A stretch of DNA of 64,000 nucleotides from Eledone cirrhosa (Eukaryota), in contig OZ024746.1 of assembly GCA_964016885.1 (NCBI GenBank), positions 32,984,001-33,048,000 on the forward strand, given 5' to 3'. Of the stretch, positions 36,841-51,536 are shown piece after piece. The notes below the pieces were generated by a model. The model was not told the DNA's origin. It was given only the letters and a program-made list of their open reading frames with translations, and searched no databases. The position numbers were made by a program, and so were the translations under genes. The stretch's first letter is position 1; each line of letters starts with the position of its first letter.

Positions 36841-37028
36841 CAGAGTGTTTAAAAAAAATTGATATCAATGCCCTGAATTGTGGTGAATTAATGTTATAAC
36901 GCGGACATGTTTTGAGGAATAAATCTTGTGTTACTCAATATGGAGCCTGCTTAGTCTCGTTGTCCTAGATCTTGTAGTTTCTAGGATATTTACATCTCAA
37001 ATGATATTAAATTTTTTGAAATACTCTG
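36841..37028. mobile_element. Tc1/mariner-type MITE
   Basis: Imperfect terminal inverted repeats CAGAGTGTTTAAAAAAAATTGATATCA / TGATATTAAATTTTTTGAAATACTCTG, with TA on both sides. Confidence 0.65.
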
Positions 37029-37268
37029 TACTTTAATTATACTTAAATACGCCACCTGAATCTTCAGTCCTGTGTTACTATTTATATCTGTTCATGCTGA
37101 TTTTAAAGGCCAGAGACATGTATCTGTCTTGTGTCTGTTACTAATATTACCGGGGTGAGGGCCGATAAGGGCTCGTTCTGTATCCCTCCCTGTTATATTT
37201 TTGGAGGGTGTGATACCAATAGATACAGGCGCAATCGTTGAGTTTAACATAATTATTTTAATGAATTA

Positions 37269-37454
37269 GGGCGGTAAATTGGCAATATCGGTAGAGGGTC
37301 GGACGCCATGCTTTGACGCATAGAGTTACGGCCCTTGCCATTCTGAGTTCAAATCCCGCCGAGGTTAACTTTGCCTTTCATCCTGACGGGGTCGATAAAA
37401 TAAAGTACCAGTAATGTACTGGGTAATTGCTGGCCTTGTGCCAATAGTAGAAAC
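37269..37454 (+). mobile_element. SINE family 1, full length, 18-bp TSD
   Basis: TSD AATTATTTTAATGAATTA at 37251-37268 and 37455-37472. Confidence 0.92.
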
Positions 37455-37867
37455 AATTATTTTAATGAATTATTAACCAGGTAACGTAAGTAATCCATAT
37501 ATCGGTAGGTTAAACAACGAAACTGCTGTTGACATTATTCTCAAAGCTCTTTAATCACACTTTGCCTGACCTTATCAATGACGTTTTACCCTTTATATTT
37601 CTTTCGTGTCTTCAGTTTGCCTTCAGCTATACTTACTCTTTAATTTTTTCTCATTGTTTTCAGCATTCTGTGTTTCTTTTATGCATGCGTTTCTATGCGT
37701 GTATATGAGTTTGTATGTGTCTGTGTTTTTATTTAGTATGTGTGAATGTGTGTTTGTGTGTGTGTTTGTGTATGTGTGTGTGTGAATGCCAACGCATGTG
37801 TATTTTCTATAACCTTTTCTTTCTATGCACATTGCAGGAATTAATTCTGTAGTTAATATCAAAACTA

Positions 37868-38010
37868 TTTAGGATGGTTGATCGGCAGAATTGAAGAGCA
37901 TCGGATAAAACGCCATTGCAATATTTATTCTGGATTATTCTGAGTTCAAATCCGTCAGAGCTCGCTTTTACTTTCATCGTTCCAGAGTCGATAAAATAAA
38001 TCACCATTCT
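37868..38010 (+). mobile_element. Degenerate SINE family 1
   Basis: CTGAGTTCAAATCC..CTTTCATCGTTCCAGAGTCGATAAAATAAA. Confidence 0.6.
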
Positions 38011-38611
38011 AGAGAGAGAGAGCGAGAGCGAGAGAGAGAAAGTGTGTATATATATGTGTGTGTGTGAGAGAGAGAGAAGGAGAGAGTGTGTGTATGTATG
38101 TGTCTGTGTGTGTTCTTTTAGAAAATGTAGGAATCTAAAACGTAGAAAATAACTGCAATAACAGTGGATAACTATATATAATAGAGGAAAGAATCGAATA
38201 TAATAGCCCTATGGACAGAAGAAAGTAATCAACTATCACTTTGGTGTATCATCTCCATATTTCTTGAAGTCCAGCCGAATTCTCAAACCATTGAGCTAAA
38301 TGAGCTCGGGCAACAGATTACGTCTGCTTTAGTTAGCTATAAGGAACAACTTAGATATACACGGCTTTCTATATAAAACTTCGAAGCGCTGGGTAATTTG
38401 AAGCATATTTAGAAAAGGTTGGAAACCCAAACGCAGAAATAACTGTAACAACAGTCGATTACTATATATGAGAGCATAAAGAATTGGGTAAAATTCCTAC
38501 ATAGTCCAAAAAAGTTTCGAGCGCTTTGATGGTTTGTATAAAAGGTGTTTACTTCTAAGTTGTGGAAAACCCCATAATTCAAACAGAATTACACACACAT
38601 GTACAGTCAAC

Positions 38612-38780
<169 letters not shown>

Positions 38781-41092
38781 TATATATATATATATACATA
38801 GGCATCAGTTAATATTTTGCTGAAATGTCTTTTACTCCTACTAGATATGAGTGTATACAATTGTCATAGTTAGGGTAATAGCACCCGGTATTGATTTAAA
38901 CAAATGATAGGGCTACGTATAGCTGACTAGAATCAGTGCCACATAATATGATTGAAGTAGGATATGTGATGTGGGAGGATACGTGTAGGAGATGGTACCA
39001 ATGTATTAGTAAGGTCATATATATTCGACGAAAGAGTTGACATGTATAAAGTACTTCAACAAATTGAAACAGAAGAGAATATAATGTAATATGTGAATTT
39101 GATTCCAGCACAATGTAATAGTTTCAGCTTCATCACACTATATCAGATCAACCAACTTGCCAAACAATTACAACTTCGAAGTATTGGAGTTATCAAACCA
39201 ATTATAATTGAGACGTTCCTTGTCTAACCAATTCGGAAATTATATATCCTCTCCTTTAGGCTGACATGTTTTCAGTCACATAATTTGGCGCATCTAACCT
39301 ATTTCAACGAATAATCAAATTCCGTTGTACTATTCTTTGATACACCTTCATATAAAAATATCCACAATGATTACTACATTTGGAACAATATTAATGTTAT
39401 TTTTGTTTAGCACCAGGCCTGCTATGATCAAGCAGATATATGATCAAAATGTTCCAGCTATGGAAACCTATTTTCTATTTTTTAGGTCCAATTTATCTTT
39501 GTCTTTTCTTTATAAATATGCTAGCAAATTTTAAAAGAATTTGATTGGTGGTTCTAGCAGGTCCATCGTTCGATTAGATTGTTGATGATAATACTTAAAG
39601 CGCTTGATTTACTTATTATACACAAACCTTTTTTCTAAGCCGTGATATGCTCAAATCTACTGTGGCGTAACTAGCAAATCTCAATCTTCCTGTGATTATG
39701 GAGTGTTGATGGTTCAAGCGTGCACATTATGAGTGAATCGATTGATATATTGTCATTTGTTGTGGATGTAATTTCTTTAGTTGAGACGTCTATTGAACGG
39801 GAAACACTTATTCAGCCAGGAGAGATTGTTGTTTTTAGATCCAGATAACATCTGCTCAAGCTGATCCCTGACGAATGATTTTCTAACCATGACGAGCCTA
39901 TTTACCTTTTTTATGATAGTATACCCCAGACTGTATTATCCAATATCCTCCCTTTTAGAATATCATAGGATGCGGAATGGAAGTACATTTAGTTTCAATT
40001 TCTAACAGACTGAGTAGGTTGGCTAACTTTTAGATCTAGGTCAATAGAAAAGCAATATTTAGTGTATGAACTTGTTTGAAGATTATGATATCATTGATAA
40101 TTGTAGTAGTGGAAATGATAGCAGGCATTGCTATTGTACGAATGATGATGGAGGTGTAGGGAATCACAGAAATTTTAATATTGGTTTTGATATTGTTAGA
40201 ATGCTTAGCAGACTTGGTCCTCGTAGCACAAAGTATCAAAATAGATGACAGGTAGTATTAGAGTGCATGAGTTGCACAGCAAAGTAGTGTTGATAGCAGT
40301 GTTGATAATGTTAGCGATGTAAGGTTACTTGAACGTGGTGTTGATGGCTGCGTTGGTAAATATGAGAGATAGTTTAACAGGGAGTGGTGAATATACACTT
40401 TTTTTCACCAACTTGATGCGTCACATACAAAAGCCAAACCTAACATCTTTGTATCAATTAATCAATCAAGACCTCTTTAATCATTTTTTTCTATTTTAAA
40501 ATCACATAAAAAATCGATAAGATTGAAAAATGGCAGACAATATTCGACCATCAGTCAAACGTACATACTATTTTAATATTTTTATATTATTTTGTCGTTT
40601 TGTAGAAAATTGGTTTGTTTATTTCTTTAGACTTAAAGAGAAAAAAAACAAAACATTTCTTGAAAACTATAGAAGTTGGCCATTAAAAATATCAATAGAG
40701 ACAAATATATATAGATGTTCGCGGTACATACACTCACACACAGGCGAAACTAAACACATACACTCACAGATTTAATGTTCCTCCAATTTAGAATATTGTC
40801 GCTACATCAATTTGGGATGGTGCAGTTACATTCACTTAACAATATAAATCACATGCTGCATTCAGTTAAAAAGTGTCCAAAAAATACAGAAGCGTCTCAC
40901 ATATATAATATGGTTGACTTAAAAATTTTAATAAAATGAAATTAGAGTAGAGATTATCTTTAATGTCAACACTAATAAATAACGGATATATTTCGTCCTT
41001 AATATACATCCTCAGTTAACCATAATCTAATTAGTTCGTCAGACTAAAAGTGATTTATATGAGTATGTATGTATATATATATATATATATAT

Positions 41093-41942
41093 ATAATATA
41101 AGATCAAAAGATGGTTAAAGGAGTTCCATGTATTTTATTATGCGCATTTCAAAAACAAACATCATCATGCAATAATATTTGTGTTTTCATCAGATAAAAC
41201 AGGAGAACATGATATGAAGGCTAAAAAACACTTGTGGATAGTGCAGTTTTAAATCAACATATGAAAAGTGGTTTTAGATTGATGTGTGATATTGGGAAAA
41301 ATATTTTATTTAGAGAGGGGGTGGGGGTGGAAAGGATGAAAAAGGGGAGGAGATGAGAGGGAGAGACGGGTGACAGAGAGAAAGAAAGAGATAGTTTTTA
41401 TAACTGAGAGGAGATATATTGTTTTACATAGAGAGGTTGAAAACCGTTGGAAGATAATGTATAAATTAAAAATTTCAAATTTTTAATTTATACATTATCT
41501 TCCAACGGTTTTCAACCTCTCTATGTAAAACAATATATCTCCTCTCAGTTATAAAAACTATCTCTTTCTTTCTCTCTATCACCCGTCTCTCCCTCTCACC
41601 TCCTCCCCTTTTTCATCCTTTCCACCCCCCCCCCTCTCTAAATAAAATATTTTTCCCAATATCACACATCAATCTAAAACCACTTTTCATATGTTGATTT
41701 AAAACTGCACTATCCACAAGTGCTTTTTAGCCTTCATATCATGTTCTCCTGTTTTATCTGATGAAAACACAAATATTATTGCATGATGATGTTTGTTTTT
41801 GAAATGCGCATAATAAAATACATGGAACTCCTTTAACCATCTTTTGATCTTATATTATGTATACTCCAGTCCTACAAACTGTAGAGTGCTTCTTATCCGA
41901 TATCTGCATTGCTTTATTGTACTACAATAAAACTCACCTCCT

Positions 41943-41945
<3 letters not shown>
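41093..41945 (+). mobile_element. Penelope-like inverted pseudo-LTR insertion with tail, family P1 (long palindrome)
   Basis: ~382-bp arms (41093-41475 / 41477-41858) with a 1-nt loop, tail 41859-41945, TA flanks. Confidence 0.85.
41751..41819 (+). ncRNA. Type I hammerhead ribozyme (same as 4206-4274)
   Basis: GTTTTAT-CTGATGA-stem II-GAAA-TGCGCA-TA-ATAAAAT. Confidence 0.8.
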
Positions 41946-41992
<47 letters not shown>

Positions 41993-42176
41993 GGGTACAC
42001 ACACATACACACACATACACACATATATATATATATAACAAATTGTAGAAGATACACATACATATAGATACATAAGTATAATTATATATATTTGGTGTCT
42101 ATCCTTTACCAGTTTTGCTCGACGAATGGAGAATCAAATAAATAACCAATTAATCAGAGCTATATAAAAATTATAC

Positions 42177-42258
<82 letters not shown>

Positions 42259-42269
42259 CTAATGAAATA

Positions 42270-42490
42270 ATGGTTTTTGTTTTAGGCACAATGTCAACAA
42301 TTTTGTGTAGGAGAAAGTCGGTTAAATTGACTCCACTGCGTTACTGGTATTTTATCTTATAGATCACGTAAGGATGAAAGGCAAAGCTAACCTTGGCAGG
42401 GCATGAAATCAGAACGTAAAGGAGCGTAAATATATGTCGAAATGTATGTTGTCCGACTCTCAACAGATACCGTGAATCGACCTCCCTGAG
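42270..42490 (-). mobile_element. Degenerate SINE family 1
   Basis: TTTAGGCACAA..TTACTGGTA..CGTAAGGATGAAAGGCAAAG on the + strand is the reverse complement of the consensus. Confidence 0.7.
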
Positions 42491-43587
42491 AGAGAGAGAG
42501 AGATAGAGAGAAAGAGGGAGAGAGAAAAGGAAATAATGATGCTTATGAATATCAACGGATCATTCTGCTAAAAGGTATTAACATGACAGTGTCTCACATC
42601 AGTAAGATAGTGTGTTCGAAATCTCTGATCAACTGAGTTTATCCTAATAATTAATAGACAAATTATTGCCACGTGTGAAATCCTAATTCATTTGTGTTTA
42701 GTAATCAGAACGTTGCCGTGAAGCATATTTTCAGTCATAAAGTATATGCACAAGACAAAATAAGCAAACACACAAACCAACAATTGTTCCAACTGGAAGC
42801 AAGTGAGAGAACCTACATCTTTTTTGACTATTTTTGAAAATCTTTTTCGCATTCAAATATCAGCCCTGTCTCGTATACGCAGGAAAGCTATTTGATTCTA
42901 AACAAATCCTACAATATTTTATCACTGTTATCATCATAAAGAGTATATATCAGTAACTTCACAAGGAAACGAAAACAGCGCACCTAAAGCATTAATATAT
43001 CTATGGATATATATATGTATATTTATATATTATTGCACATTTGATGCTGGAGTTCTCTTTTGTCAGTAACAAACCTGTCAACTCTCCCCGTCGGACAGGG
43101 AGATCTCCCATCCACTTTAGGGTGGGTAAGAGATATCTTCTCTTGTGAAAATGGGTATAGCTTTCATTTTTTCACATCTCCTCGTTTTGGGCCACATTCT
43201 TTCATGGCATTAGCCATTTGGGTTTTTAGAGTGGTTAGCAGATCTGCAGTAAGAAGAAATGTCTGTGATGTGTCTGCATCCTTTTTAGGGAGATATTTAA
43301 TCTCTTCGTCACTTAAAACGGCGGTAAGCTGAGATATTCATCAGTATTCGTGAAATTAAAAAAAGAGCGAGTCATGGTTTTCTTCTATCAACTAATTTCC
43401 GCCGTTTAACACCGGTAAACTCCTACTATGTTGTATTTCCTTCTCTTTTACTTCACATTTATTGCCTTATATAACAAAATAGAATAATTATATTTGTTTA
43501 GGATGCCTTGTTTTCGAATACATTGAATTCTACATACTGTTACAATTTAATGCCTAGGCAGTCATTCGTTAATTATTTTTATGACTT

Positions 43588-43782
43588 GGATTGGCAGTAT
43601 CTGTAGAGAGTAAGGGTCGGACGCCATGCTTTGAAGCATAGAGTTACCTCCCTTTATGATCTGAGTTCAAATCCCACCGAGGTTAACTTTGCCTTTCATC
43701 CTTACGGGGTCGATAAAATAAAGTACCAGTAATGTACAGTAATGTACTGGGTAATTGCTGGCCTTGTGCCAAAAGTAGAAAC
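43588..43782 (+). mobile_element. SINE family 1, 17-bp TSD (1 mismatch)
   Basis: AATTATTTTTAtGACTT at 43571-43587 and AATTATTTTTAcGACTT at 43783-43799. Confidence 0.9.
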
Positions 43783-45274
43783 AATTATTTTTACGACTTA
43801 CACATATACATTAAAGTTTACCTATTTAGAAATTCTATCTAATTACTCCTGCAAGTACGAGGAAGTATCTGCTTCGCTGAGTAGAAATAAGATTGAATCA
43901 TCTTCAGTATTATTTTCCCTACTTGCCGGAATTATTTCTATCGTATTAGTTATTTCTAATTGAAAATGTGATGCTCATGGCATTAAATATCATCCTGTTA
44001 GAAATATCAAAGAAACGTTTTTTTTTTTATGCATCTTAAAAAGGAAATAAACATTTGATAACGTAGTACTGCACATATATCTGAAAAAAGATGTGATGTT
44101 CACGGCTGAAACATTTGATCATAGATAGGTCTGCTTGATGTACACTGGTGTGGAGCTAAGAAATAACTAAAACATGAGAGATTTGTGTCTAATTTATCAT
44201 ACCTGTTTATGTTCTGGATCGTTTGAGAATTAACAAATATCACTACTGATTGTCCCACTGATGCAGACAATTTGACGTCTTCTAACCTGCTAATAGACAC
44301 GCACATACATACACACACTCTCTTTCACCCCCCACACACTCACACACACACATACATACACTCTCTCTCTCTCACACACACGCACACGCACACACACACA
44401 CGCAAACACACGCACACACACACATATATATACACTCAAATAAACAATCACATGATCAGACAAACACGCACAAGCGGCGTACGAAAACAGTATAACAGTA
44501 TTTTGTTTCGTTTGTAAAAGGAAAAACAAAACAAAACAACAACAACGACATCTATATAATAATAAACTATCCAGTAATATCAAATTTTTAGATAAGCCAA
44601 AGTCTACACAATTTCTGTGAAGGTGTGATGTTGAATTAAACAATCATAGTTCTTTCCTGGTTATACATTCCAAACACACGACAAAGGGCGAATGAACAAT
44701 TGGTGAAACTAGAACCAACAGATTCAATCTTAGTCGTGGAAATTATTCCGAACAAAGCAAACGAATATGACAAAGATATCATTGGACACTGGCCTTTAAA
44801 GAAAAGAGGGTAAAGAATACAGACATTAAATATTATGAGTATCGATAAATGTAGCCATTGAAGAATGCGCAATTTTAGCGACATTGCTATATTTACTAAA
44901 ATATTGCTTACGAATAATTCGAGATTATATAAAATCGTTCTGACAGTTGAACGTTGTTTAGAAATGTCATTTTTGGATTACCAGAAATATTATATCTGTA
45001 GAAATTGGAAGGAATCTCTGAACAGCTTCTATTTTGAAGAACTATAAATTGAATATGTCATGACCACAAAAAAATCGAATTGCTTGGAGTGGCCAATATT
45101 TAACCTAAAACAATTGTTTAAAATCTTCAAACCTGACGTGAAAGTGATTTTATTTTGTTGTAACCTCGAATCCTATTGCCAACATATATTAACAGAACTT
45201 ATGTCTAAATCTATGAGCGAAAATAATGGCTGCAACTTTATAAAAATAATGATACTGACGAGAATAATGATAAT

Positions 45275-45430
45275 AATTCCTTCTACATTTGGCACAAGGC
45301 CAGCAAATAGAGAGGAAAGGGAAAAGTTAATTAAATCACCGCTGGTGCATTACTGGTACTATATTTTGTCGACCCTGAAAGGATAAAAGGCAAATTTAAC
45401 CTCGGTGGGATTTGAACTCAGAACGTAGAG
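45275..45430 (-). mobile_element. SINE family 1 fragment
   Basis: TTTGGCACAAGGCCAGCAA..TTACTGGTAC..TCGACCC..GGATTTGAACTCAGA; its 3' end abuts AATAAT repeats. Confidence 0.7.
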
Positions 45431-45454
45431 ACACCAATGTTGGATAGTGTTTTT

Positions 45455-47240
45455 AGTAGAATGCTGTAATCAACCCTGTCAAAGGCCTTTCTGAAATCAA
45501 TGTATATGACATCAGAGTTGGTGCCCTCTCCCAAAGATTTTGAAATGTCATTAAGTGATGTATTAGGCAGTCCCATCCATTACGGAACCCATGCTGGTTG
45601 GAATTCAGCCAATGGTTGCTCACCACCCTCTGAAATACCTTGAGGATGTGAGTAGTGAGTGATATCGGACGGTAATTCACTGCAAGGGCTTTCTTTTCCT
45701 TTTTGAAAACTGAGACAACAGACTGGGAGAGAAAGGTTTCAAGTATATAGTCAACGTCCAATGAATTCCTCCACAGATTAAATAGAGGAGATCCAAGTTA
45801 GTGTCGATACACCTTCAGGATACTAGCAGGGAACCTACCAGGGCCTACTACTAAATTGTGTTTAATTTTGTTTATTGCCGCCAAGACATCAGGGGCGCAC
45901 ATTGTTATATCGGATATAGAGTTTTGGGGATTAACATCACTGATACAGCCCAGATCCGCAATATCAGGATTGCTGAAAACAGCAGTATTGTTTCTGCAGT
46001 ATCTCACCCATGGCTTTAGCATTGTCTTGGAGTGTGCCATTTTCATCACAGAGCGAACAGTGGAGACAGCGACCTTGTGTTTTTTCGCAAATGAAAAGAA
46101 CACTTTGGGATTGAGTTTGATTTTCTCAATGGCCCATTTCTCCTCAGCTGTTCTATGGTTATAGATGATGGTCTTCGTACATTATTGGAGAATATATATT
46201 TTTGATTCGAGCAGTGCGATAGCAGTCGTATGTGTATGTTGCTGTTGGCAGTATTTTAATTTGTTGAATTTTTGGTTTGTTCTTTTTATTTTTCCTATAA
46301 TAATTTTTCTGTTTTTGAAGATTCTGCACTTAGATTCTGTTCATAGATCTTGGTGGGATGTGTTTTGCACATATGTTTGTAACAGTGTATACAAATATCT
46401 GCCAGGATGTTTTGATGTTGGTGGAGATGTGCGCGTGTGTGAAAGACCAGTCAGCGAGTGATTGCATCCCAGTTGGCATTAAAAAAGATCCATGTTAACA
46501 AATGTGTGAGCTGATAAGAAGTCATTGTGTTGAGCTTTCGGCCGGTGGAATCTCAGAATCATGGTCTGAGAGAAAGGATTTCTTTCTCTGTAATATTATG
46601 TATAGTCTTAGTGGAGGTACTAAACACTAGGTTCGAAATGTTTTTCTAATATCTTGTTGGTGCAAGGACAAGTTGGAACAAGAAAAACTCATCCATAAAG
46701 TCGAGAAATGAATTTACTGCCGCTTTGTCAGCGGTTGAGGTGGAAGTTCTGGTTTCTAACTGTTTGTAGACCAATCAATACAGGGTGGATTGAAGTCCCC
46801 ATCATTAGTATGTTACCAGAATGGAACTGTTGTATGAAATACTTAATGCTGTTGAGGCATTCTTTAAAACACGGTAAATGCGTTTGGGGTGGCTTATAGA
46901 ACCCGGTTACTATCAGATCATCGGCTTTGTTGTGCACGGTGATTTACAGTAGCCATCGCAGGTATATGATATTTCCGTATGCTGTAAAGGAATCAGGTAG
47001 AAAACGGCAGTTCCTCTCTTCCCTTCCTTCTACTGACACGATCCACGCGGATGGTTCCCAAATCCTTCACTTTGGCTTCTGAGTGGAAATTGTCGAGATG
47101 GTTTCCAGTTAGGATGAAGAAAGGGATGTGATTTGGATGGTTTTCAACCTAATCCTCAATGAATTGGGCCTTCGATTTTTGTGTATTGATGGAAGACCTG
47201 ACAACTTATACATTGAGTAGAAATGCTGAGACTAGAGGGA
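45455..47240 (-). mobile_element. Degraded CR1/Jockey-group LINE ORF2 (APE + 5' half of RT)
   Basis: FYKPP..ILMMGDFN (APE), NPKVFFSF, GPGRFPASILK, NYRPISLT..LKVFQR, NQHGFR, DVIYIDFRKAFDRVD across frameshifts. Confidence 0.8.
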
Positions 47241-47455
47241 TGGCTGGTTATAACTGTTTCAGGGGAGGACTTATTTTGTGTTTGCTTGTTAGTGACAGCA
47301 ATGGGGAGAGTTGGTGCACTGGAATAATAGCAGCGGAGATTCCATTCGTGGAAGTTTCAAGTGAAATTCAACTGCATTTGAATGCAAAACAGAATTAACT
47401 TCATCTGGATTTGAACGCAAAATATAATTCACCGTAAATAACATCGTCCGAAACT

Positions 47456-47488
<33 letters not shown>

Positions 47489-48123
47489 ATATAAGTATTT
47501 TATCCCTATTCCTATTTCCTTTTCTACGAGATCCTTACTATTTTTCCCGTAATTTCGTGTCTTTCTCATTTACAATTTATCCCCCTTTGGTTATTCCCCC
47601 CCCCCTCTATTATATGTTCTTATTTAGTTTCCTTTTTCATCTCACTTTGAAAATATTCTTATTTTCCTTTACCAATTTCGTCTCTTGTCCATTTTAATTA
47701 CATCAATTTTCAGCAATGTTTTCTTTTGTTATAGGTTTTCCTTGATATTTTTTGGGTTTTTATTTTTTTCAATTCATTTTGTTCTTTCACTCTACTTATG
47801 TATTTTATTTTCCTTTTTAGCTATCGAAATAAAATGGTGAAATTGCCTTATAGTGTCTGTGCAAGTCTAAAGTGATGGGATTGAAGAGTGAGGTCAGTGA
47901 ATATTTTGGTTTGATATACAAATAACATCGGAATACAACAAAAACTCCAAAGCATCTTCCGGGAAAATGCTGGGCTCGTGACAAGACAGTTGATAGCTAG
48001 CTTCGTCTGATGCAAACAACCTCCAGGCTGAAAGTGAAGGACGTGTGGTTATTTTCCTACGTAAGCCGGAAATGACCAGTGCGACTGGTTTTCTATCGCA
48101 CACACATATACACACGTCCACAC

Positions 48124-48181
<58 letters not shown>

Positions 48182-48754
48182 GTGTGAATTTGTACACACT
48201 CACATACGCAACACACACACACACGCACAGATAAATAAATAAATATATGTATATTTATAATGTATGTACATATATATATATATTTATATATATGTATATA
48301 TGAATATATATATATGTATATATGTATATATATGTGTATATATGTATATATATGTGTATAATATATATATATATGTATATGTATATATGTACATATATGT
48401 ATGTATATATATTTATATGTATTGTATATTTATAAGTATATATATATGTGTATATATGTATACATATATATACATATATGTATATATGTATGAATAAAAA
48501 AAACGGAGTTAAAACTCACATATGTACATATGTATGTATATATATATGTGTATATATATATATATATATATACATATGTATATATATAAATGTTTATATA
48601 TGTATATATGTATATACATAAATGTGTATATATGTATATGCATATATATATACACACATATATATATATATGTATATATATATATAAGTGTATGTATATA
48701 TGTATATATATATATGTTTATATATGTATATACATATATGTGTATATATGTATA

Positions 48755-48810
<56 letters not shown>

Positions 48811-48895
48811 TATATATATGTATACATATATATGTGTATGTATAAATGTATATATACATATGTATATATATATATATATATATGTATGTATATAC

Positions 48896-48939
<44 letters not shown>

Positions 48940-48976
48940 AAATATATATGTATATATGTATATACATGTATATATG

Positions 48977-49012
<36 letters not shown>

Positions 49013-49393
49013 CCTATGTATATGTTAGTGAGTGTTTTCTTTTACAGCAACCACAAACACGTTTGTGGTCAAACTAATCATATAACGAAAACAATTTCCT
49101 CAGTTTTTTGTCCCAAATCACAGTAATTCTTCAATTACATTTGTTGTAGGTACTACTTATATCTTCATTGGTGACGTTCTCTTTTCTTTAATCTGTTTTC
49201 TTTCTATTTTTGTGTATTTTTTGTATGTTGTGTTGGTGGGGATGTGTGTCTTTTTTTCTGTTACTTTTACAATTGTTTTGTATTAGTATTTACATTCTTG
49301 AGATAGTTTTCTTTTTTTCGTTTGAAGAATAAAAGGATAGACCCTTCTACTTTTAGATGATTATAGACTCCGGTTCTCTTTTAAGAACATAGA

Positions 49394-49498
<105 letters not shown>

Positions 49499-49514
49499 TA
49501 TATATATATATAAG

Positions 49515-49545
<31 letters not shown>

Positions 49546-49975
49546 GTGTGTGTATTTATATATATATTATATGTATATAAAGCGTGTGAGAGCTGTGCAT
49601 TTGTATATATATACACACACACATAGACACACAGACACACACACACACACGCATATGCATATATATATAATGTTGTGGTCTTTAAAGAATTAGGCCCCAT
49701 TGTAAATTCTTTAATCATAATGTGAGACTGACTAACATGGTTGTGTATATATACCCACGTGCTTCTGGCCCGTGATTATATATCTTCAGAGACATAGTGT
49801 ATGAACAAATACACACTCTTACATTCCTTTGTATATATATGTCCACTCATAGACGCATGTATGTGTATGGATGGTTATATGTGCAAATATGTCTGTATAT
49901 TACCATCTAGTTTAACGACTTCAATGTACACATTTTACGTATGCATACATTCATACACACATGTATAGATACAAA

Positions 49976-50131
<156 letters not shown>

Positions 50132-50194
50132 GATACACATACACACACACAAACACATATATATATGTATATATATATATATATATATAATATT

Positions 50195-50404
50195 ATAACG
50201 AAATAAGTGTGGTTAGGAACCAGGTGGAACATATCGCATCAAAGTACTCGATACTTTGGGCAGTAGAGTGTGTAATAGGAAAAGGGTCAGAATCCCGACG
50301 GCTGAGCTCAAGCCGATTCGACAGCTATTTCTGGACGGAAATAGCTTCCCAGAAATAGCTGTCGAAACGGCTTGAGCTCAGCCGTCGGGATTCTGACCCT
50401 TTTC

Positions 50405-50408
<4 letters not shown>
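50195..50408 (-). mobile_element. Penelope-like fold-back insertion with tail, carrying the 3' half of a hammerhead
   Basis: 60-bp arms (50275-50334 / 50349-50408), tail 50195-50273; GCTGTC-GAAA-CGGCT..AGCCG-TC-GGGAT. Confidence 0.65.
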
Positions 50409-50478
<70 letters not shown>

Positions 50479-50483
<5 letters not shown>

Positions 50484-50832
50484 GTGAGGTTTTTTTTACA
50501 AAATGAAAAATAACCGAGGTGTCCTACACGAGTAAAAGTATAAAGAAAAAGAGATGAAATCGAAAATGCAACTGGAGTCTTATTTTTTTTAAAAATATAT
50601 ATATTTATTTGGTTCCTTTACCGGTTTCGCAGTTCTTCTGCTTTTCAAAAGGTAACTTGAGATGGAGGATCTGTGGTTTTTCTCACATCAGATGTGAGAA
50701 AAACCACAGACCCTCCATCTCAAGTCACCTTTTGAAAAGCAGAAGAACTGCGAAACCGGTAAAGGAACCAAATAAATATATATATTTAAAAAAAAAATAA
50801 GACTCCAGTTGCATTTTCGATTTCATCTCTTT

Positions 50833-50836
<4 letters not shown>
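50479..50836 (-). mobile_element. Penelope-like fold-back insertion with tail and variant hammerhead
   Basis: ~146-bp arms (50544-50689 / 50691-50836), 1-nt loop; CCTT-TTGAAAA-GCAG..CTGC-GAAA-CCGG-TA-AAGG at 50728-50765. Confidence 0.75.
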
Positions 50837-50898
<62 letters not shown>

Positions 50899-50899
<1 letters not shown>

Positions 50900-51152
50900 A
50901 GTTTTAATATAGATGAGATTCTACAGGACTAGAACTGTTTCATTCATTAGAAATCATCAGGAATCTGGGTATCAAAAAATAAATATGGTATTTATAGGTC
51001 TCTACAAGTGGTAGGAGAGGGTGGGGAGTGGGATGGGTGCAGGTCATTGGTTGATAGAAAAGGGAATTCATTAAAAGCTAATTCTACAAAGCTATAGTTT
51101 ATTTTTATTTTTATTTATTTATGTTTTTAGAGTAACAAGGGTTTTTTATATA

Positions 51153-51203
<51 letters not shown>

Positions 51204-51249
51204 GTATACGTATGTGTGTGTATATATGTATGTGTATGTATGTATGTGT

Positions 51250-51297
<48 letters not shown>

Positions 51298-51492
51298 ATA
51301 TGTGTCTGTGTATGTGTATGTATATATGTCTATATGTTTGTGTGTATTTGTATACACATGTATATTTGTGTTTGTATGTATGCGTGTGAGTGTATTTATT
51401 TGTGTATATATATGTGTGTGTGTGTATGTATGTGTATGTGTGTGTGTATCTGTATATATATATATATGTGTGTGTGTATATATGTGTATATA

Positions 51493-51536
<44 letters not shown>

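Noticed and set aside
38118-38530. Two diverged ~95-bp direct repeats about 290 bp apart
   Set aside because: Too decayed to assign to a family or mechanism by eye.
43045-43470. Moderately GC-rich stretch that might be a coding exon
   Set aside because: The best minus-strand frame has a stop and no recognisable motif; no supported splice sites.
47990-48045. CTGATGC..GAAA hammerhead-like motif
   Set aside because: Core mismatch and no valid stem III/NUH; possibly a decayed Penelope terminus but unsupported.
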